Source: Eledone cirrhosa (Eukaryota). Taken from it: a stretch of 64,000 nucleotides of DNA. The stretch's first letter is position 1; each line of letters starts with the position of its first letter. Of this stretch, positions 14,623 to 28,910 are shown in pieces. Position numbers and translations under genes: made by a program. Location of the stretch: NCBI GenBank assembly GCA_964016885.1, contig OZ024741.1:231942001-232006000 (forward strand), in the 5' to 3' direction. The notes below the pieces were generated by a model. The model was not told the DNA's origin. It was given only the letters and a program-made list of their open reading frames with translations, and did not search any database.

Positions 14623-14901
14623 ATATACATATATATGCATATATATTCATATATATATACATATAAATATATACATATATATATATACGTGCTATTGAAA
14701 TGCTAGGTAAATATTCTATGGCTGTTGACCGCGAATAGATGGTTATCGTTTATTTATCTATTATTTTTTTCCAGGTGCCTTTTAATCCTATAGCCTGGTT
14801 TAATTGGTTTTTTGTGCGGTTGATTATGCTAATTGGGAGAGGAAATTGAGTATATATTTTATCAAATGATTCTAAGGGCATAATTTATAGTCCATATATA
14901 C

Positions 14902-14944
<43 letters not shown>

Positions 14945-14954
14945 TATATACGTA

Positions 14955-17900
14955 CTAGCAGATTTACCCGGCGTTGCTCGGGGTTTGAAATTATGCTAAG
15001 AATATACAGCTATGAAATAAAAGAACATTATGTGTCCCCAACCTGTCAAAATAAGCAGAAGTCTTCAATAATTACTGCAAACAAATATTTAGTGCAATCT
15101 TTGTACACATAAAACTATGCTGAATGAAGGAAAACACTGAACAGCATGTAGTTATACAAATGATTAAAGACAATACACGTTTCAAACCTGTAAAAAAACA
15201 GCGAGTTTTGCTAAAGTACAAAAAGTTCTAATGAACGCAGAGTTGTATACAAACAAAAAAACAATGAGAGTAGAATACGAGAAAATGTGTTCTTTCATAG
15301 CATCCTTTGCTGTGTATGGTTAAATGTTTAACTTATAATCCAAAATAACCTACATGACATATTCATTGGTTTGTTTTGTAATGAGTAAGGTGAAGTCAAG
15401 CCAGAGCTGTAATTAGTTTTTTTGTCAACACTAAAACATTTCAGGATAGACGATATTCTTTGTTTTTCTTCTCGGAAGAAACGCAAAGAGATTATCTCGA
15501 CTGCCAACTCGTGAGCAGGCTACGTAGAATTGTCTGTGTGAAAAGCAAGGTTCATCCAAGTGAATTCCAGCGACGGACAGAGTTTGAGCTTGCGAATTGT
15601 TTATGGACATCGCAAATGCAACACGAAAGGAGAACGGAGTATCCACGCCTGATGTAGTTAGGCTATTTTTTGTTATTATCACATCCTCGCCTTTTCCACA
15701 TCCGGATAGAATGGTAGCGTCAATACTAGGTTGAGACAGTTTTTTAACCACAAGGCGTGTACCATTGCATAGTTTTGGAGGAGTGATATTTCTCAGCAAA
15801 ATAACTGGTGTTCCCTCTTTCAGAACCAATGTATTAGGAGGTAAACCAGGAGGATTTAAAGAATTTAGAAATTCAACTGGATAATTGACCGCATCCCGTG
15901 GATCACATACAGTATCAATAGATTTATATACCCATGGACATCCAGGAGGAAGCTGAAGAAGCTGATCGTTAATAGAGCTAACCGTGATATTTTGGGGTGC
16001 AAGAATGGCTCTTTCGCATAGCCAATCAAGATTCGTATAGTTATCACGCAAGTTCGGGAATACACTCGCCTTGAGATCATCGACAGTTTCAACTACATTT
16101 CAGATGTGATCAATTGCTATGTGTCCATCTGTATCTGGAGGTAGGTTACCATCTCCTATCGTAAGAATATCTCCAGAAAATATTGATGACAGAGGGTCCC
16201 CATGCAACCTTGCACGCATGTTGGTAGTTAGTCTTAATGATGTCACTTGTCGTCACAATGGTGAAGACTTAAGACATGCATTTACCGTATCTGCTCTTGT
16301 TCCTTTCGGTATTATAGGAAGAGTCTGTCTGAAGTCTCCTGATAGCAGAAGGGTTACAGCCCCCATAAAATCACATGCAATCCCGTATGTCTTGCAAAGA
16401 CCTGTCTTGTGCCTCAAGAGCACCTTTGTGCGCCATTGTGCACTCATCCCAAACAATAAGGTGGCAACTTCGCAGCAGATGAGCCCTTTCGGAGTCTTTG
16501 GTGATATGACAAGTAGGAGTTTCCAATTTTGCCAAATAAAGGGGCAATTTAAAAACTGAATGTGCCGTCCTCCCACCAGGGAGCAAAGTTGCTGCGATTC
16601 CAGAGGACGCAACTGCTATTGCTATGTCCTTATTCTGTCTAACCTTTGCAAGAAGTTTAGTAACGAAAGTTTTTCCTGTCCCCCCTGGAGCATCGAGGAA
16701 AAATATACCACCTTTTCTTTGAAATACCAATTCAGTAATGGTGGTATAAGCCAGTCGCTGATCAGCTAGAAGTTTTGGCTCATTATCTGTGACGTAGAGG
16801 CCGAGATCATGGATGTCATAAGAAGTCTCCTGTATGATATCTGTGGGAAGTTTGTTTAGTCTGTGCGATGAGTTTCTGGTAAACCGTAGTAACGTAAAAC
16901 CTTTCCTCCAATCAGAGCTAACTTGTCCTCTATATCAATGAGAGCTCTGTTGTATAATTCATTACTAAAGCCTACCTCTATTTCTGGAAGCAGCAATTGT
17001 GCTTGGTGTCTGTAGTCGTCTGTTAGTTCATCCCTATATTTTATCCACAAGGACAGAGGATCAAATAAGTTGCACGAGTGCAAAAGTACCGCATATAAAT
17101 GTCTTAGGCTGGCAGGTGAATGTGAAAGAGCAACTTCCGCCATCGTTGCGTCCCACTGCGAACCATCTTCCAGCAATCCACGCCTCAAACATGCCTTTGT
17201 GTATGTTGGAAGAACTTGTCCGTCTAACTTTCGGAGATCATCAAAGCAGGTAGGTCCTCTGACCTCATGTAGTAACATGCGAAGATGGAAGCACTCGTCT
17301 TGGTTTGGAGCACAGCAGAAACTCTGCCCAAGCACTCGTTGAATTTGATGCCTGGATAACCTTCGACACACTGTCCTGTTTTTCTTCGCTTCCATGTATT
17401 TTTATCCCAGGTATAGTAAGATGGGACTTGTGGATATAGTAAGGTTTTAGCAAATGGATCTTCTTAACATAGTTTAAAGAAAGCGGTAAGAGTAGTATCC
17501 TTTGGTTCTTGTGCTAACTGAGCAGCTGGTGCATTCGTAAAATATACTCTCTGACCGTTCTCGTGGTGCACTTGAAGTTTTTGAACAGCAGGATGCCGTT
17601 GATGTATAAAAAATCCGAAAATCCGCCAGAACGCTTCATTAGAGTTAATGTATCTTCCAGTTTGGTACTGGGCCACTTCATCTCGGCTGTTTTCCCGAAG
17701 TAATCCAAACGTAGCAGCATCAGGGCCTGTATTAATGTACTTACAAATATATTTTATAGATTTAATCGAATTACAGTATTCTACATTTATGTGTGCATCA
17801 ACAATCTTTATAAGGAGTGGACTATATGGAACAACCCATCTGTTGTCAACCTCATGTTTGCCAACCCATGCTGTGAATCCACCATGTTCGGGTCTTCTCC

Positions 17901-18405
17901 GGCGATATAGTGGGTATCCGTCATGACCAGTCTGAGTGTCCTTAAGGAACTGTCGGGGAAATTTCTTTGAGCACCTAGACTTGTCCTTAACACACAGTAG
18001 GTTGTTGTGAAATCCATGTCCACATGGGCCATGCACCATGTGTGCTTTCTTTGAAAGTGCAACAAAGAATAAAAAGGAAATAAACGCTAAAACCATCATC
18101 AAAATCTCGTCAATCAAATAAATGTGATGTTTATATTGAAAAGTATGTTATCTCCCTTTTTTATAAGGATTGTCAATAAATTTTGTTATCTCCATTACAT
18201 CAATTTTTCTACCGATAATTTTGATATCGATTTTTTATTGCTCAACGTGGGTCGATTTGAAAAAATGTGTGTGACGGAAGAATGTTATCGATTTGTAGAA
18301 CGTGCACAGAAACTTTGGTCAAATTCAGTTGGTAATTGTGAAAGCCTTATGCATGCCGAGTTGTACACAGACACACACACATCCTCGCTTTTATATATAT
18401 AAAGA
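14955..18405 (-). mobile_element. Helitron (internally deleted, frameshifted Rep/PIF1 helicase) with intact termini
   Basis: 5' TC(TTTATATATATAAAAG) at 18405; 3' hairpin CCCGAGCAACGCCGGG plus CTAG ending at 14955, inserted between A and T. Protein motifs: MVHGPCG, GYPLYRRR, NRWVVPY, HINVE, DAPGGTGKT, AVASSGIAATLL, WDECTM, GDFRQ, LCNGTRL, FAMSIN.SQ.QTL. Confidence 0.95.
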
Positions 18406-18420
18406 TATATATATATATAT

Positions 18421-20615
18421 ACCATAGGCCTCAAACACCAGGTTGTCAACTTCCTTTACGTCACTCTGTAGTTGAGTACGGGCCTATACAAGCCATACCA
18501 TAAGCCTGGAGAGAGCCTTTCTTATATTAATTATGCCTCCAACCACCCTAAGCAGACTCTCATCTCCATAGTCTTATAGCATCTCACATAGGATCTCGAG
18601 GCTCTCCGCAAGTGAGGATATTTTCAACCAAGTGGCAGATTACTACAATAGGGCCTTGACAAGCGCCGGTTTTAACCGAGGAATCTCCTACATCCCTAAT
18701 GCTAGCCCCCGAAACCACCTCCCTCATAAGACTAACGTTATAGTAAGCCATACCTATAACCGATCTCGCGGCGACTTCGAAGGAGTCGGATGTACTAGTA
18801 TAGAAAATCTCACTAACGAACAATGTTAATTACACTGGCGATAGTATCGATACCTTACCACACATTAAATTTCACGACCCCGGTGGCAGTGACCACTGTA
18901 GCCCACTTGAATTATTCCCCTACTACAAAATCAACAAAGGCGACGGTCTACTACTAACGCCTTCCAACTAACATCTTCCTATACATAAACATAGCAGAAG
19001 GAAGAAGAGTGCACCCGAGCATAAAGCGAAAGGGACACGTAACGGGCTACATCGCATTAACATGCATAAGAACGGTCACCCTGATAGCACAACCAGTAGC
19101 AAGCGTACAAAGTCACGTAATCGCCACCGTGACGTCCCATTATTCCATCCCCCCTAGTGAGGCCTCCGACATACCCCGAATATTCTTCGAAGCCTTAGAG
19201 AAGAACTTCCCACCCAACCATAGTTATAGGAAAATCCATAATAGGAACAATATAAAAATATCCTTCTCTGCTACTCCTAACCTAGCAGACATCATAGGAA
19301 TAACTAATCACAGTAAGATCACCAAGACACAGCACCTTAGCACAGACGCACCTACACCTGACAACAACTATATCGGCCTTAACGACTCCCTAGCAGCATC
19401 CAATAGTGCTGACAACAGCCTCTACAGACGCAATTAACATAACCACGACATAACTGGGGAATATGCAGGTGACACGCACGGTCACCTGGCGGCAACGGAA
19501 GATGCTGCTGCGTGCGGAATAATAATAGTACCACCCCGCGCACAGTGGGTTTCAATGGTGTTAATGACAGATGGGGGAGCGTAGGAAACAATGTAGATAG
19601 AAATAATTGTTTCTACTTAAGGCACAAGGCCAGCAATTACCCAGTGCATTACTGCTACTTTATTTTATCGACCCCGTAATGGCCCTACCGTGGGAACTAG
19701 AAGGGACCGAGACCGAAATTGCAACTGTCGCAACAGGGGACGCTGCTCCCTTAGGGGAAACTACTTGACTGATAGGGTTATATATAGGTACACCGTAACT
19801 AGCCATAATAGCGTTAAACATTACATAGGGACTACCTCTGGCTCGTTCAAAATTAGATTTCGAAACATCTCCACTATTTCGCAAATAAGAAATTAAGACA
19901 CTCCACTTCGCTCGCGAACTACACCATAACACTAAAATACTCAAACATCAGCATCTCCACGCACTGGGAAATTGTCGGCAGGGCTGCACCATACAACTTC
20001 AAAAGGAAGTGCGAGCTTTGCCTCGTGGAGCTCTACCACATCATAACGGCATCCCACAAGCTCATCAACAGCACAGCTGAAACGACGATAAGGTGTGCAG
20101 ACCGCTTTAAAATAACCTACTTCAGATGGAATAAGAACGAGGAGTGAAACCGTAAATCTGGTCTCCCTGCACCAAGCTTTAACTCCCCGGCGGGCAGGCG
20201 CTGCAAAAAACATCCGGAAACTAACCATGCATCCCAGACACCGCATGAATCGACCCAGACGGGCAGGTGCAGAAAAACAATCGTCTCGAAACAAGCGTTG
20301 AAACCTGGCCCTGTGCGTATCGACAATGGTAAGGTAGTAACCACATACTTGTAACGGACAAAACATTTGTCCGGAAAAGACTGCCCTAACACCGGCCAGA
20401 GTTATCTCCCTTGACCTACTGCAAAATCAAAACACGTTTATTTTACGAAGAATGAACTCTGACGTGAACTTATCCCTAAAACCCCATTCCGGGACATGTA
20501 AGGAACGCTTTTTAGTTATTTATGCCCTTGAGAAGCCCATTCGGGCCAAACGTACGTAGGTGGTATTTTAAATAAACATGTTTTAACGGTCTGCTCTCCT
20601 GTATTTACTTCTACA
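18421..20615 (+). mobile_element. 5'-truncated Hydra-type PLE (thumb, linker, GIY-YIG remnant), SINE fragment inserted at ~19603-19680, hammerhead-like motif at 20526-20560
   Basis: YYNRALTSAGF, ALEKNFPPNHSYRKIHNRNNIKISFSATPNL, CNCRNRGRCSL.G..YIGTT. Hammerhead-like motif: CC-TTGAGAA-GCCC-attc-GGGC-cAAAC-GTAC-GTA-GG. Confidence 0.85.
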
Positions 20616-20803
20616 CGTATATATATATATGTGTGTGTATATATATATATATATAACAGAATTATATATATATATATAACAGAATTAGCAGACTGTCCTG
20701 TAATGAGAGTATCTTCAACTCCAATGCAGACTATTATGACAGGGCCCTAGCAGAATCTGGTTACGGGAGTAGATTATCATATATACATAAGGACTCTCAA
20801 ACC

Positions 20804-21895
20804 ATGAGTGTGAAACCTACCAACATAATCACACATAGTATGGCCACAAAGCCTAACCAAATTAGAGGCAAGAATAATAGTAAGATTCCTAATGGCGGTA
20901 ACCTAGCTAAATGTAAACCACGTAAAGACGATACTAGAGTCCCCCACCACAACTCTAAAACAGTAAATGATCACGCCATGAATATAAACCATCCGGGCTT
21001 AAGCAAAACGGACAACGCCACTAACGTTAATAACGGAACCCTACAAAATAGCACGCACAGTAGCGAGACTCACCCCACAGATAAGAAAAATAGAAGAAGG
21101 AAAAACATGTATTTTAACCCACCTTTTAACTCTGAGGTCCTCACTAACCTCCCCAGAGTATTCTTCTCCTTATTGGAAAAAAACTTCCCACCAGGCAATA
21201 GATACCGCAACATAATTAACAAAAACGTAATTAAATTATCCTATTCGACCACACCTAACCTCGCATCACACCTAGCACGTACGAACATTAGGAAAACTAA
21301 GGAGGGATTCGAAGCAATTAGAATGGCAGTTAACCACCAGCAACCGACTACACTAGAAAATGGGCAACATAATAGCATCAATGAGCCATCTAATGATATA
21401 GAGGCACCTAGTGATAATGCGAGTAACCAAACTTCGGGAGGTAAGCTAACTAATCGAACCCGCAGTTGCAATTGTAGGCGGAGTAGTAACTGTCCCCTAA
21501 GGGGGGATTGCCTCACGAAAAACATAGTATACGCATGTGACGTAACCACACACAACTCTACCAAAACATATATAGGAGCAACGTCCAATACATTTAAAAC
21601 TAGATTTAACGCGCATATGTACACATTTAGACACGACAGACATAAGAATGCCACCTCACTGGCGGGATACATCTCCTTCTTAAAAAATAATAGTACCCCA
21701 TACAAACTTTTTTGGAGGAAGCTTACTAAATCCACGCCATACCGACCGCAGAGCGGAAGTTGTGACCTGTGTTTACTGGAATGCCATGCCATAATACACT
21801 CTAAACTGAAACTGCTTAACAGGAAATCGGAAATTTTCTCCTCATGCCAACACAAAATCCTGAGTTCCTTCTTCTATTTTAAACCTAGCACATAG
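20804..21895 (+). pseudogene. PLE linker plus GIY-YIG endonuclease (C-terminal part of a truncated PLE ORF)
   Basis: YFNPPFNS, IKLSYSTTPNL, CNCRRSSNCPLRGDC, IVYAC..YIGAT..FKTRF..H, CDLCLLE, LNRKSE..CQH. Confidence 0.88.
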
Positions 21896-24145
21896 ACGTA
21901 ACCTAGACTATAGTTTCCCCCCTCCCCCCAACCCGTAACCTAGATAGATAGGTACCATAAGGGTGGTGCAGTCCCCTACAAGGTTGGTGCTCTTGCGTGT
22001 GTGTGTGTGTGTATTCTCCTGTTATCTCTCACGCGCACGCGCACGCAGACATATGTGTGGGTGTGCGTGCGTGTGTGCATGCATGCACGCATGTGTGCGT
22101 GCATTCTGTGTAAGTATATTGTGTGTACATGTATGTATATATATGTATGTGTATATATATGTATATGCATGTGTGTGTGTGTATATGTATATTGTATGCA
22201 TGCGTATTATATTGTGTGTATGAGTATGTGTGACATGTATGTGAATATATGTATGTAGGCGTATGAGTGGGTGGGTGTAAGTGTATAATGTATGTATGTG
22301 TGTATATATATATGCATACTCTTCTGTAGAAATTCTCTCTATGTGTGTTGTGTGGCATGAATTCCCCCTATAATACTCTTCTCTGCGAGGAGCACGATAT
22401 GCAGAGTAACACATATGTATTGTCGAAGTTGAAACTGAGAACCACCACCCCTCCTGCTGACCTGGATGTTTACTGAGGACCAGAACACCATTCTACGCAA
22501 TATAAGAGCGAAATGCGCTTGCCGGACTATTGATGACCATAACATCACATTCCAATGTAGTGGCAAAATACAGTGAATGATATGCACGACCAGAACACCA
22601 CAGCATGCATATCCAAACAGCACAGATATGATATCAATGGGGGAATCAACTGAAACTTTTGGGGTTGAAATACATGTGGATATGTGTCTGTGTGTATCGA
22701 ACACACGGACACATAAGGAGGCTCTTGACCTAAATATACCTGTCATGCCTGTCTGAATCCCTAAGGGAACTGTCGGCCAGTTACTGTCTTGACCGATCGT
22801 AGTACCACTGGGTGAATCATTTGAGTTTTTTGGGTTGAAATACATATAGATATGTGTCTGTGTGTGTCGGACACACATAAACACATAAAAAAGCTGTTAT
22901 GGCTGCCTGAATTTTCGGTCAGTTGCTGACTTGACTGATTGACCCCACAATTACTACGTAGCGGTTCTTGCACGTGACTACTGGACCCGGATGAAACGAA
23001 GACGAAGAATTTCCTTCCGTACCGTTTTGTACCACAGATGCGATCTCACCCTGCTTCGTTGATGTCCTATCAACACCAAAGTTCAACGTTTGAATCCTAC
23101 CACCAACAACATAGCTGGATGACCGATAATCACACCAAACCGGAGTACTGTGATCCTTGTGACTTCTAAATATACAACCAATGACACTGTCACGAAGACC
23201 AGGAAACCATACTCCATATATTGAACCAATTGATTGATTTGTGCGAACAAAATAACACCAAACACATATTGAACTAGGAATATTGGATCCTCGGTCAATG
23301 TCCGGGTGAGCAAAAATTGACTTCTATCTGCATTGGAATTTACAAACTTGTGCATCTGCTGTGGTGTCAAAAACAAACGCACATGACCGCACAGATAAAC
23401 AATGAACCATGCCACGTGGCTTGAACCCGTAAGTGAATTGAAGGTTCTGCAACTCTGATACACATATTGTTTATTATTTATTATTAAGATGTATAAACTG
23501 GACACAACTGTTATCATCCTATATTCTCTCAACGAATCACACTTGATCATATTTCTCTATCCTGTTTTCTCCCCCCATAATTATTAATTTTTATTACTTT
23601 TATTATTTTTTATTATTGTTTGAAAAAAATCGGTTTTTTTACATTGTGTTTTCCCCTCCAAATATTCGCTTATATTTCCTTATATATTCTCTATATATTT
23701 TTTATCTTTAGTATTATTTCCACTTTTATCCTCCTTTATATTTTACCTTATTCTTACCTTTACACCTTATTATAGTGTAATCTTCCCCATGCCTTATTAT
23801 ACACTATTAATTATAGATTATTATTATTACTCTTCTTCCATTTCTAATTACCTCATGTACCTTCTCCTCCGCTATATGTATATATGTATTCTACGCCCTT
23901 CGTGTTTGCGTAGCCTCTGCGCACCCTCTGCACCATACTACCCACGCCACCCCATCTATGGTTCAGCTAACCACCCGACCCCCGGGAATGAATATGACCG
24001 CAGCTAGTAAACAAGGACCAACACGCCACCCTCCCGCACCAAAATTAGACTTATCGTCCCCTACTTTTGCTCTTTACTCTCTCTACCCTTTGTTCTTGGG
24101 TGTTTGGTTGGTAGAGTCCATAACACCAATCAAACCCCTTTTATA

Positions 24146-24192
24146 GCTCTGATGAATCCTACGGTTACACGTAAGGAAGAAACATTGTTAGC
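24146..24192 (+). ncRNA. Minimal type I hammerhead ribozyme motif
   Basis: GCT-CTGATGA-aTCCTACG..CGTAAGGAa-GAAAC-att-GTT-AGC, followed by AATAAA. Confidence 0.75.
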
Positions 24193-24233
24193 CAATAAAA
24201 CTCTTTTGATGTTGTAGACGCTCTTGTGTTCTT

Positions 24234-24269
<36 letters not shown>

Positions 24270-24480
24270 GTATATATAGATATATATGTATAGATATATA
24301 AAAACTACAGACCCTCCATCTCAACTGCGAAACCGGTAAAGGAACCAAATAAATATATATATATTTTTTTAAATAAGACTACAGTTACATTTTCGATTTC
24401 ATCTTTTTTTCTTTATACTTTCAGTCGTGTAGGACAGTAGGACACCTCGGTTATTTTTCATGTTGTAAAAAAACCTCACC

Positions 24481-24554
<74 letters not shown>

Positions 24555-24555
<1 letters not shown>

Positions 24556-26056
24556 AGGAGGTTATAGTTCACTTGAATCATTGTGTAATGAGGTATAAAC
24601 GTTTGTATATGTATAATAAAGCCAAAACAATGCAGGTATGGAAATAGAATAAAGAAGGCAAATGCAAAAGATATTGTTGACAATTAGTCTTTTACCTTAG
24701 ATTTATTTAAATGTCCTTAATTTTCGAGATAATATCTCTTCTTCAGAGCGAAGTAAAGTTGTCAACCAGTGTTCTAAATTGCTTGCCAAGTCATGTTGAC
24801 AGGAAATGGTATAGAGTATCTGTTCTATCTCTAATGTCAAAGAGTTAAGATTAGGTGGATAAAGAGTAGTCTCCCTTTAAAAGTTTTTTTTTTTGTGTTT
24901 TTTTATGTACATGCCTGTTTAGGTGTGTGGGAGAATGCATATACTTACCATCCGACAAAGGTAAAGAGTTTTGCGTCATCTCTCAAGCCACGTACAACAA
25001 CCTAGCCTTTGAACACCTAAGCGATAATGAATTATACACAGAGATCCCGGACATGACTGCAGCCCAGATCGAAAAACAGACCAACTCCATCTGGTTTGAT
25101 ATCTGTAGGAGAAGACAACTCCCAAATAAACTTAAGCTCAACTACACCACTAGAAATAGCAGACTGCCCATTTTCTACCACCTCATCAAGATCCACAAGA
25201 ATAGTACTAATACGCAAATAAGACCCATCGTTTCTAGCATAGAAGGACCCCTATACAACATTTCCTGGCTCCTCTCTCAGGTCCTCAAGCCTCCACTCTC
25301 CACCTTTCCCGGACATGTCAATAGCTCCGACGAAGTTATACGTAGACTACACCAACTCCAGCCAGAACAACTTAAACTAAATAAATACGCCTTTAGCCTT
25401 GACGTTGTCTCCCTCTACACTACACTCCTCGCTCATCCAGCTGTCGATTTATTGGCGGACTGCGTGGTCGTAGAGGACATCCACTGCTACGGCCTCCACC
25501 CGACGGACATACACCAGCTGTTGTCCTTCACAGTAGAAAACACGTACTTCACCTTCCACCACCACACATACAGACAGACAACAGGATTACCCATGGGATC
25601 CAGCCTATCGGGCTTGCTGGATATCACCTACATGAACCAGCTAGAATGCCGAGCCCTCAACACCTGCCATTCCCATACCTTCTTCACCCGATATGTAGAT
25701 GACATACTCATCCTTACATCATCCCGTGAGGAGGCAGATAAAATATACACAACATTCTCCAGCATGGACGCCAGTATAAAGTTCATCATGGAACACCCAG
25801 ATGACCGCGGATCCCTATCCCTACTGGACTTCCAACTCAGGGTAACAGAGGAAGGCAACATCCACACCTGCTTTTATAAAAAAGCCGCCAACAGGGACCT
25901 GTTCGTACATTTCAGATCGGCCCTCCCACTCGGTGCCAAGTTCGGATACATAAGGAATGAACTGGCACGTATCCGGAACAAATGCACCGACGCATTTGCA
26001 TTCTTTATTCTATGTCTATACCTGCATTGTTTTGGCTTTATTATACATATACAAAC

Positions 26057-26060
<4 letters not shown>
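24555..26060 (+). mobile_element. PLE RT fragment between inverted termini (24597-24666 and 25992-26060), minus-strand hammerhead-like motif at ~24715-24748
   Basis: ORF 24927..: PSDKGK, IKIHK..IRPIVS, SLDVVSLYT, GLPMGSSLS, RYVDD, LLDF, YKK..HFRSALP. Minus strand: CTGAAGA-aGAGAT-att-ATCTC-GAAA-ATT. Confidence 0.88.
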
Positions 26061-26103
<43 letters not shown>

Positions 26104-26173
26104 CATATATGATGATTTCTTTATATGTATTTAATAGGTGTATTAAATATTTATCTCTCTATTCAATCTTCAG

Positions 26174-26317
26174 GATTATACCATTACTTTTTAGCATTAG
26201 AGGATCCGAAATCAGCTTTTAGTAACGCTACAACCGAGTGTCAAACTCTACCATTTACATACACTTTTAAGTATCCTTTACGAATACACTCCTTAACAGG
26301 TCAAGGACAGTTTCCTG
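26174..26317 (+). CDS. Candidate host exon (phase 1-1, 144 nt) of an EGF-repeat extracellular or receptor protein
   Basis: Polypyrimidine tract TCTTCAG acceptor and CTG|GTGAGT donor; open frame LYHYFLALEDPKSAFSNATTECQTLPFTYTFKYPLRIHSLTGQGQFP. Confidence 0.6.
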
Positions 26318-28215
26318 GTGAGTAAAGACATCTTTTGTCCGACATGAAGTTACAAATTTTCTTCAGCAAAACTAACATTTAGATATAACTCGTTATATTT
26401 TTTTTATCCAATTGCTTAAGATAATACATGTTGAAGCGTAGATCATTTACCACCTTCCAATCCTGCCCCCTCTTCTCCATGTATGTGTACGACATTCGCA
26501 CGATATCTTTGCCCCATTATAGGATCATCAACTACACGAAATTTGTACAACATAGAGAGCAACATAATATTTGTTGTAAAGTATCCTGATATCACAGGAT
26601 CTCTCTTCCTGCACAACGTCGCACAAACAATTATGGAGAAGTGATATATCTACACCAAATTGTAAATTTTCACGCCAAGTAGATGCAAGAAAACTAGGGA
26701 AGTTGCTTAAGTTTTCCAACGTTTACCGGTAGTAAACGGCTTACCAATATTACAATACATCAATTTGAATGGCACATATTAAATACAACTAAACCTCTCA
26801 GGGTAGTCTACCATTGCAATCTGTCAATTGAATGAAAGGTAGGGGCTGGAAAAAGATGTAGTACTCTCATAGCCGTCACTGAGAATATTCCTTGACAGGC
26901 ATTAAACACAACAGCATATGTACAGAAATTCACTGTGTGGATATGTGTCAAAGTCCCTACCTACGTTGGAACAATTGCCAGCAAATTGAATAAACGGAAT
27001 GAGGGATACATCTATACGAGTGCTCCCACTATTAAAATCACCTACAGAAATATCACACCTAATATGTCGATGTTAACAGCGAGACCACTGAGGAAAACAT
27101 CAGACATTGCTTATCAAAGTGTCTATATTCTTCAATAGATTTTGATCTCTTACTCACAGTAGACCTGAGTTGTATGAAGTCAGTTGTCACCACTCCTTGC
27201 AGCAAGCATCTAGAATATGGTGCTCCGCATATCGGAAGCACACTCCATTTCCTGTCTTCGAAAGTGGGATAATAACCCCAAATGAAGAAGGGCGGTAGCA
27301 TAACATGTTTCGGTACATCATTGACAAAAGAGAGAGAAGGACCTATCCTTCAAACAGAGGTTTAGAACAGACCCAACAACGCTAAAGAATTTAGGGCTAG
27401 GTTGTGATGTTAAACAGAGATGTGGTTTATATCTACTACACAAATGGTGTTAAACTGTCGAAAAATGCACCATTATTGAGTGCTATATAAATATAATGGA
27501 AGATTGTGTCATATAGTTATTAGAGCTATGCAGATTCACGGAGTCAAAGATATATGTCATTTGCAGGCATTCATGTAAATCTCTAAAACGCCGAAGATAT
27601 TTTCGACCTAGGAAGAAGCAGTGGAATTCACCAGTATTTTTCTGTTTCATTCCCCTATCTTTTTTCGACATGCTTGATGGTCAACACATATGGGATGAGC
27701 ATTGATGGGGGGACGATATATGTGCATGCATTCGTGTATGTATGTATGAATGATGTATGTATGTATGAATGAGGTATGTATGTACGTGTGTATGTATCTA
27801 TGGAAATCATTATCGTTCGTTAAATTAACTTCTCATACACGGTGCCTCGTTAGCAAATCATTTTAATAATGCTTTCCTAGGAATCAACGCGTTGAGGTGG
27901 GGTTAGCTCGGTCCCCACCTTTTGTTTAATTGTTTGTTTGCATCGAAATCATTAACGACATAACCATTCACAGATAGGCCCACACGCACACATATATATA
28001 TCATACATTACTATATTACACTATAATTTTTCACTCTTTTAATCATTTCTGTAGTTTGAGAGCGACTATGCACGAGTACCACCTTGAATAGTATAATATA
28101 GTCAGTAATAGTTGTTGTACATGACACAAGACAGATCACTGATTTAGATAAATATTTCTTCATCACTAATTATATGATTTTAATTAATTCAAAGTCCATG
28201 CCGGTAACACTTCAG

Positions 28216-28428
28216 TATGTATTTCACAGTTAAAAGTCAGTTACATCTTTCCACAATCTTTCGATATCGCAATCACAGATCTGAAGGTTACTTCCAAAGA
28301 AAATAAAGATTTGCCATGCAGAACCTACAGTCCGGGTTTTGGATGTTATGGAAACATTTACACTCAAGAAATCACGATGACCACAAGTAAACCCAGCACT
28401 GAGTGTATCAATCCTCTTGAACTTCTCG
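28216..28428 (+). CDS. Candidate host exon (phase 1-1, 213 nt)
   Basis: CTTCAG acceptor (an alternative in-frame AG at 28229 would give phase 0) and TCG|GTAAGT donor. Open frame CISQLKVSYIFP...PCRTYSPGFGCYG...ECINPLELL joins in frame to 54626, giving ELL-G-CPK. Confidence 0.65.
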
Positions 28429-28500
28429 GTAAGTGTATTAGGTTTCACCTTATGTCACTTTATATATGAACGAACAATAAAATATATTTTACAAACATAG

Positions 28501-28547
<47 letters not shown>

Positions 28548-28549
28548 AA

Positions 28550-28588
<39 letters not shown>

Positions 28589-28616
28589 TATGTTTGTATA
28601 ATATTATTTATATTTG

Positions 28617-28746
<130 letters not shown>

Positions 28747-28757
28747 TATTTATATAC

Positions 28758-28790
<33 letters not shown>

Positions 28791-28844
28791 TATAATATAT
28801 ATATATAGAGAGAGAGACATATATATATATATACATATGTATAC

Positions 28845-28909
<65 letters not shown>

Positions 28910-28910
<1 letters not shown>

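Larger units (their letters stand above)
20676..24240 (+). mobile_element. 5'-truncated Hydra-type PLE with uninterrupted linker plus GIY-YIG frame and ~2.3 kb 3' region
   Basis: Open frame 20804..21895; bounded by (TA)n; hammerhead at 24146-24192. Confidence 0.9.

Noticed and set aside
21241-21855. 204-aa antisense ORF (similarly 12535..13179, 23083..23550, 59889..60398)
   Set aside because: Shadow frames opposite transposon coding remnants, with no independent motifs.
26480-27360. Possible decayed transposase or extra exon (ORFs 26935..27138 and 27059..27301)
   Set aside because: No recognisable motif or convincing splice-site pair; left unannotated.
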